In this document: piece after piece, positions 58,718 through 64,000 of the stretch
Layout of the letters: each line of letters starts with the position of its first letter
Position numbering within the stretch: the first letter of the stretch is position 1
NCBI GenBank assembly: GCA_038065555.1
Contig: JBBTQS010000001.1
Span: 256,741 to 320,740 of the forward strand
Origin: Patescibacteria group bacterium
GTDB taxonomy: Bacteria > Patescibacteriota > Patescibacteriia > Magasanikbacterales > JBBTQS01
Direction: 5' to 3'
Length of the DNA: 64,000 bases
The notes under the pieces: model-generated
Told to the model about the DNA's origin: nothing
Databases searched by the model: none
Seen by the model: the letters and a program-made list of their open reading frames with translations, nothing else
Position numbers and translations under genes: made by a program

Positions 58718-60403
58718 TTACGCGCTATGATGATGCGTGAATGAAGCGATGATGCGTTTGCGACCGCGTTCGAGTGCATATCCGACAACAAGGAGCACAA
58801 CTCCCAAGCTAATGAATCCAATGCTCTTGTTGAGATAGGTGAAGATCCAATCGAAGTAGCGTGCAAGCACCCAAATAATAATCGCAACAGCTGCCGTGCT
58901 CACACGCCACCTGTCACGACGCTGGTACCCAACGATCGCCAACCAAATCATGGTTGCAAACGCGATAATATTCATGAAGAACGACCACACGATTCCACCC
59001 GTTGTGAAAACTGGCTCTCGGTAGATGAACACAGACGATGCAGCCCCCTCCTGCAAAACACGCAACCCTGCTGCACCAACAACAAGCGCAAAGAGCGACA
59101 ACACGCCCAACCCAATCCATTCCACTCGCGAGAGCACCCGCAACCGCGCAAGAATGAAGAGTAACCCCACCACAAGTGCAATGAGTACAAAGTATGTGAA
59201 CGTCATACTCCATGAAGTGAGCACTGACGCCTGATTACCATAGTTACCCCACAGATTCGTGATCACACCAGACGAAGAGATGACGATGAGCAATATCAGA
59301 AGTGCGGTCAATGCGGGACCGATAAAAATGCCACCGAAATGTCGGAATGCTGGATACATGCGATGCGCCCCTCCAACAACAATCAGTGCAATAAGGGTGA
59401 GAAGCACCAACCCAATATGTGCATGCGCTGCTACCAGATGGCTCGCATTCTCTATCGCAATAATCGAAGTCCACCACCAGCCGAGTAATGACGCCACGCC
59501 GAAGAACAACACAATGCGGCCACGCATCCAGTACGCCACAAAGAGATGCACCAGTACCATCATCGCTCCAACCACTTGCTCTGTCATTGTTGGAGACCCT
59601 CCCATGAGCACAACGAGCATGATGAGCGCCTGCGTGGTGTTCCCTACTGCGTAGACAAACAGAAGTTGCGCAATACGTCCCAGCCATTTCTTCGCTCGTG
59701 GTGTAATTGGTTCAAGAGACGCATGGTGACCTGTTATCGTGCGCCAGAGATACCATGCACTCATCCACAACGCTGCAGACGCCAATGCTGTGATACTCGC
59801 TGTAGTCCAAGAATTGTATTCCAACCACGATGCAAAACCCTCATTACTCAACGCACGCACCATGAGACTCGCACCATACGCAACACCACCAGCAATCGGG
59901 ATAAGACACGCGAGCACTCCATGACTGATCGATGTGAAAAGCGCCATCATCGCAAGCGCACCAATCAACCACAAATTGAACGCATTGATCCAGTGCGTGT
60001 GTACATGGTACATCTGTCCCACCAACATGATACCTGCGCCAAAGATAATCGTGCCCAAGAGTACAAGCGCTCGTCCTGTAGCACTATGTCCACGCCGCAT
60101 CACGATCCATCCGCCAGCGTACGACGCAACCATTGCAACAAGAATGATCACGATGCGCAGTGCATGGCTCATCGCATCCCAATTGGAAGCAACAAAACTC
60201 AAGATTCCCACACCAACTAACACCGCTCCAAGAATGAGCATCACTGCAACGCCTGAGATCGAAGATTCGCGCGCATGTGCTGCCTTCCACGCGCTCTCAA
60301 TAGCGCTCACTGAGTGACCTTTTCCTAATAGCTCGCGATAGACGTCTTCCTTGCTTTTGCCTTGTTGGAGCTCTTTCTCAATGTGATCATGTAATGAATG
60401 CAT
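58718..60403 (-). CDS. DUF2157-family membrane protein
   Basis: LGAVLVGVGILSFVASNW; GAGIMLVGQMYH; typical partner of GDYXXLXY proteins. Confidence 0.85.
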   Translation of the reverse strand: MHSLHDHIEKELQQGKSKEDVYRELLGKGHSVSAIESAWKAAHARESSISGVAVMLILGAVLVGVGILSFVASNWDAMSHALRIVIILVAMVASYAGGWIVMRRGHSATGRALVLLGTIIFGAGIMLVGQMYHVHTHWINAFNLWLIGALAMMALFTSISHGVLACLIPIAGGVAYGASLMVRALSNEGFASWLEYNSWTTASITALASAALWMSAWYLWRTITGHHASLEPITPRAKKWLGRIAQLLFVYAVGNTTQALIMLVVLMGGSPTMTEQVVGAMMVLVHLFVAYWMRGRIVLFFGVASLLGWWWTSIIAIENASHLVAAHAHIGLVLLTLIALIVVGGAHRMYPAFRHFGGIFIGPALTALLILLIVISSSGVITNLWGNYGNQASVLTSWSMTFTYFVLIALVVGLLFILARLRVLSRVEWIGLGVLSLFALVVGAAGLRVLQEGAASSVFIYREPVFTTGGIVWSFFMNIIAFATMIWLAIVGYQRRDRWRVSTAAVAIIIWVLARYFDWIFTYLNKSIGFISLGVVLLVVGYALERGRKRIIASFTHHHSA

Positions 60404-60953
60404 AGATACGCGTGATAAGTGTCGGAATGATAAAAATACTATATACCAATGCGCCTGCAACGACAGCTAGCACTAGGCCGATCCATTCTTCGCGCTTGAA
60501 GACAGCGAGTGATTTGTGCCCAGCAACACTCTTCCATGCGATCTGGCGCCCAGAGAATCCGAGCTCGACTGCAAGTGCTGCATAGAATACTACACCAAAA
60601 ATCGGAATCATCAGTACCAAAAAACTCACACCAGCAAGTGCCCACTGGCGATGCATCAGTGCCCAAGCCGGAGCAAAGAGAAATGCACCCCACGAAAATC
60701 CATGGACATACACCGATGTTTCGTTCTTCTCAAATGTTCGCTGCAATTTGTGAATGATTGGGAACACGTATGCAGCAGGCAACAAAAACAACAGCCCCAA
60801 AATGGCTGCAACTACCGCGCGCGTTGTGTGGGACGCTAACAGTGGTGCAGTCGGTGCATCATTGGGCAAGTACTGCAGTACAAACCAACTAAAGCCCAAC
60901 AACACCAACCCACCCATCATTCCTAATATGGAAAAGAAGCGCGATGTATTCAT
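60387..60953 (-). CDS. Membrane protein (DUF2628-like)
   Basis: FSWGAFLFAPAWAL..W; several TMs. Confidence 0.65.
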   Translation of the reverse strand: MNTSRFFSILGMMGGLVLLGFSWFVLQYLPNDAPTAPLLASHTTRAVVAAILGLLFLLPAAYVFPIIHKLQRTFEKNETSVYVHGFSWGAFLFAPAWALMHRQWALAGVSFLVLMIPIFGVVFYAALAVELGFSGRQIAWKSVAGHKSLAVFKREEWIGLVLAVVAGALVYSIFIIPTLITRIYAFIT

Positions 60954-61025
60954 ACACTTGGCGTGATCGTGAAGTAACCCGCACGATACCTCCACACTCA
61001 CCCTAGCACAGCGCGACAGTATTAG

Positions 61026-62108
61026 CTATCTTCCACGCGACGAAATAATATGCAACACCATGAGCGCGATGCGCATGCCAGCATCAGTGCGCAAGACACC
61101 AGGCCACGATTCGCGCATCTGAGCGAGCGCAGATTCGTCGCGAAGCAAATCACACGCCGTCTGCACTACAGTGTCACTCGTTGCTACGAGCCCCGCACGT
61201 AATCGAAATACTTCTTGCGCGTTGTATTCTTGGTGCGATGACGTGATCGGCACCAGGATTGCTGCTTTGCGCAATAGCGCAAGCTCGCTCACTGTCCCCA
61301 TCCCCGCGCGTGCAACAACGAGATCTGCAACAGCATACGCATCGGCCATCTGCGCACGGCCCAAGAATTCAAGCTGAGTATAGTGCTCATGCACAAACGC
61401 TGTATCGATTTTGCCTCGTCCTGTGACGTGTATTACGTGTGCGTGTTGTGTTAATGCGCTGACACCAGCTCGAATTGCATTATTGAGCGTTTGTGCGCCC
61501 AATCCTCCACCGAGCACAAGTACCACTGGACGCCCCTCCGCAATTCCCCACTCCTTGCGAGCACGCGCGCGACTCCCCTGCGTCACATCGGCGCGTACAG
61601 GATTACCAATCACTGCGGCGTATGACGGCAACTGTGCCTTGGATGCCGCAAATGCGCACGTGAGTGATGACGCCATGGGTGCAACAATCTTGTTGGTGAG
61701 CCCGACAACAACGTCTTGTTGGTGCACATGCGATGGAATGCGATGCAGCCATGCAACAATATGCACAGGCACTGCTGTGAATCCGCCCGCACTCACTACA
61801 ACCGTTGGGCGGACGCGTCGTACTATTGTCCATGCACGAATAATCGACGCAATGAAGACAAATGGAACGAAGAGGTTTTGCCATGCCCAATACCGACGGA
61901 GCTTGGCGCTGGCAAGCGACATTACTTCAATATCTTTTTCTGCTGCGAGAATGAGATGCTCTGGACCATCTGGCGTTGCAACCCACGTAACACGCAATGG
62001 TAGTGGTGACTTCTCTCGCAACGCGTCGAGGACCGCAAGCAGCGGCAACACAGGACCAAGTGTACCGCCACCTACGAACATCACGACTGGATTCTGATGT
62101 GGTGTCAT
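61026..62108 (-). CDS. murG: Lipid II GlcNAc transferase MurG
   Basis: GGGTLGP; GGF..VP; GNPVR; GGGLGA; RAG; HQEYNA. Confidence 0.93.
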   Translation of the reverse strand: MTPHQNPVVMFVGGGTLGPVLPLLAVLDALREKSPLPLRVTWVATPDGPEHLILAAEKDIEVMSLASAKLRRYWAWQNLFVPFVFIASIIRAWTIVRRVRPTVVVSAGGFTAVPVHIVAWLHRIPSHVHQQDVVVGLTNKIVAPMASSLTCAFAASKAQLPSYAAVIGNPVRADVTQGSRARARKEWGIAEGRPVVLVLGGGLGAQTLNNAIRAGVSALTQHAHVIHVTGRGKIDTAFVHEHYTQLEFLGRAQMADAYAVADLVVARAGMGTVSELALLRKAAILVPITSSHQEYNAQEVFRLRAGLVATSDTVVQTACDLLRDESALAQMRESWPGVLRTDAGMRIALMVLHIISSRGR

Positions 62109-63229
62109 ACGGTTGCGCGTGTTTGACGTGAGATATTGGTAAGCACTCCTAGTGCGCCTAATTGTACGAGTAGTGCTGTTCCGCCATGAGAGACTAGTGG
62201 CAGCGGCACACCCGTGAGCGGCAAGAGCCCGAGCATCGCGCCAATATTAATAAACGCCTGACATCCGAACCACGCAGCCAATGCGACAGCCAAGTACATG
62301 CCAAACGGATCAGGACTATAGCGCGCAATATGGAGCGCGCGCACAAAAAGTGTCAGGACAAGTACAAGGAAAATCGAGCTCACAACAAATCCCATCTCCT
62401 CAGCAAACACTGCAAAAATAGAGTCCGTACTCACCTCAGGAAGATATTGGAACTTCTGACGCGAATTGCCATAGCCGACGCCGAACCATCCGCCAGATCC
62501 TACTGCAAGGAATGCTTGGTTGATTTGATATCCCACGCCTTGAGGATCCAATTCAGGATGCAAGAATGTGTTGATACGTTCTGCGCGATAGGGCGCGCTA
62601 GCGATCATAATAGCAACAAGTGCTGCGCCAACTGCGAGCAACGTCACAATATGAGAGAGTTTGCTGCGCGCAGCCACCAGCAACACAAATGCCATTCCCA
62701 CCATGATCATCATGGTACCTGTGTCTGGTTGCCGCATGAGAATCGCAGCGGGTACTGTCATCAAGCCCACGAATACCAAGAAATCTTGTACAAACCTCAC
62801 CATACCAAATCGCCCACGTCCTTCGAGCCACAGCGCCATGAACACGGCAAACGTTCCCTTCGCAATTTCTGACGGTTGCAGCGAAAAATTACCGACGTGT
62901 ATCCAACTTTGCGCACCATTGATTGTCTGACCAATCCCCGGAACAAAGGAAAGAAGCAACAGCACTATTGTGAGCGCATACCATCCCCAGAGATACCGAC
63001 GCATCCAGTGATAATCGAGCCATGACGCCAGAGCAAACAGCGCCAATCCCGGCAGCACACCGAAGAGCAACTGACGTTTCACAAAAAAATATTTGTCACC
63101 AAAGCGCTCGAATCCAACAGGCGCTGACGCACTCGCTAATACGATGAGGCCAACGACGAGCAAGATACCAACACTCGCGAGAAACCAGTAATCAGGTGCG
63201 TGTGCTTTTGCTCGTGTCAGCAAACTCAT
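62105..63229 (-). CDS. ftsW: SEDS protein FtsW
   Basis: QPSEIAK; QPDTGT; GYQINQ; LPEVSTDSIF; LPLTGVPLPLVSHGG; lies between mraY and murG. Confidence 0.93.
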   Translation of the reverse strand: MSLLTRAKAHAPDYWFLASVGILLVVGLIVLASASAPVGFERFGDKYFFVKRQLLFGVLPGLALFALASWLDYHWMRRYLWGWYALTIVLLLLSFVPGIGQTINGAQSWIHVGNFSLQPSEIAKGTFAVFMALWLEGRGRFGMVRFVQDFLVFVGLMTVPAAILMRQPDTGTMMIMVGMAFVLLVAARSKLSHIVTLLAVGAALVAIMIASAPYRAERINTFLHPELDPQGVGYQINQAFLAVGSGGWFGVGYGNSRQKFQYLPEVSTDSIFAVFAEEMGFVVSSIFLVLVLTLFVRALHIARYSPDPFGMYLAVALAAWFGCQAFINIGAMLGLLPLTGVPLPLVSHGGTALLVQLGALGVLTNISRQTRATV

Positions 63230-64000
63230 AGCGCTGTTCGACTGATATCAAGGACTACCAGCGCAATTCCAATTGCAGCACTCACACCAGAGACCAACCA
63301 GAATCGCATGGTGACGCGATAGCTTGGCCATCCTTTGGCTTCGAAGTGATGATGAATCGGCGCAACAAGAAAGATTTTCTTCTTTCGGATTTTCTTGGAG
63401 GCGAGTTGCAGTGCAACGGAGAGGGCTTCGATCACGAGGACAGAGCCGATGATAGGGAGCAACAGCACTGTGTCTGTGAAGAATGCGATGACAGCAAGAG
63501 TTGTTGTGAGTCCCATAATCCCCGTCTCACCCATGTAGAATCGCGCTGGAGGAATGTTGAACCAAAGGAATGCGAGAATAGAGCCTGCGATGACAGCGCA
63601 CAGAATCGCAATGTCATCCTGTCCGCGCATGAAAGCAATCACAGAGTACGCGCTGTACATGATCGTGAACACGCCACCTGCCAGTCCATCGAGTCCATCA
63701 ACAACACTCGTGCTGAAGACCCCCATGATGATGCTGATGAAAAGTGGAATGTACCACCACCCAATGAAGACATCGCCGTAAAACGGAATATGCAGCTCGT
63801 TCCATCCCAACTTGAAGAAGAACCAGTATGCACCTACGAGTCCGATCAAAAAGACAAACAACAATCGTCGACGAAATGTAATACCACCGCCCTTGGCTAC
63901 GTCTCCTCGCTCACGAACCACAAGGAGATCATCAACAAGACCGAGCAGTGACGCGGAGAGCAATGTGAAAAGCGGAATCCATGTCTGAGAACGACTCAGG
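63226..64000 (-). CDS. mraY: Phospho-MurNAc-pentapeptide transferase (5' end outside the window)
   Basis: GLVDD; DGLDGL; FNIPPARFYMGETG; APIHHHFE. Confidence 0.95.
   Translation of the reverse strand, partial: LSRSQTWIPLFTLLSASLLGLVDDLLVVRERGDVAKGGGITFRRRLLFVFLIGLVGAYWFFFKLGWNELHIPFYGDVFIGWWYIPLFISIIMGVFSTSVVDGLDGLAGGVFTIMYSAYSVIAFMRGQDDIAILCAVIAGSILAFLWFNIPPARFYMGETGIMGLTTTLAVIAFFTDTVLLLPIIGSVLVIEALSVALQLASKKIRKKKIFLVAPIHHHFEAKGWPSYRVTMRFWLVSGVSAAIGIALVVLDISRTAL

Noticed and set aside
1-64000. CRISPR array, DGR/retron, IS, integrase, prophage
   Set aside because: No regularly spaced repeats, reverse transcriptase, transposase, recombinase or phage genes were recognised.

Overview
64 kb chromosomal segment that looks like a Patescibacteria/CPR genome (Parcubacteria, Uhrbacteria/Magasanikbacteria-like). 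This assignment is inferred from gene content: a VirD4/HerA-like ATPase cluster next to dnaX, a GAGC-type lipoprotein, the S-layer repeat, and SD-less short-leader genes. Housekeeping genes are dnaX, tRNA-Gln(CTG), trhO, greA, smpB/tmRNA and murG-ftsW-mraY. Other content is a lower-GC heavy-metal RND efflux islet behind the tRNA, two ABC-2 exporters, and a large cell-surface locus (ECF sigma, anti-sigma, S-layer-like protein, four O-antigen-ligase-like proteins, five GT4 glycosyltransferases, UDP-GlcA decarboxylase). The most unusual signal is two expression grammars in one genome. Native genes have an extended -10 a few nt before an SD-less ATG. Eight GC-richer orphan cassettes each carry their own TTGAnn-N17-TAnnnT promoter and a Shine-Dalgarno-like sequence, and most end in a terminator. 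They include a trio of diderm/myxobacterial-type envelope proteins with long structured leaders: a Cys-rich repeat lipoprotein, an OmpA-like plus beta-barrel protein, and a secreted coiled-coil protein. There is also a promoter/terminator-bounded sRNA candidate. All family calls are by motif recognition, not by database search.
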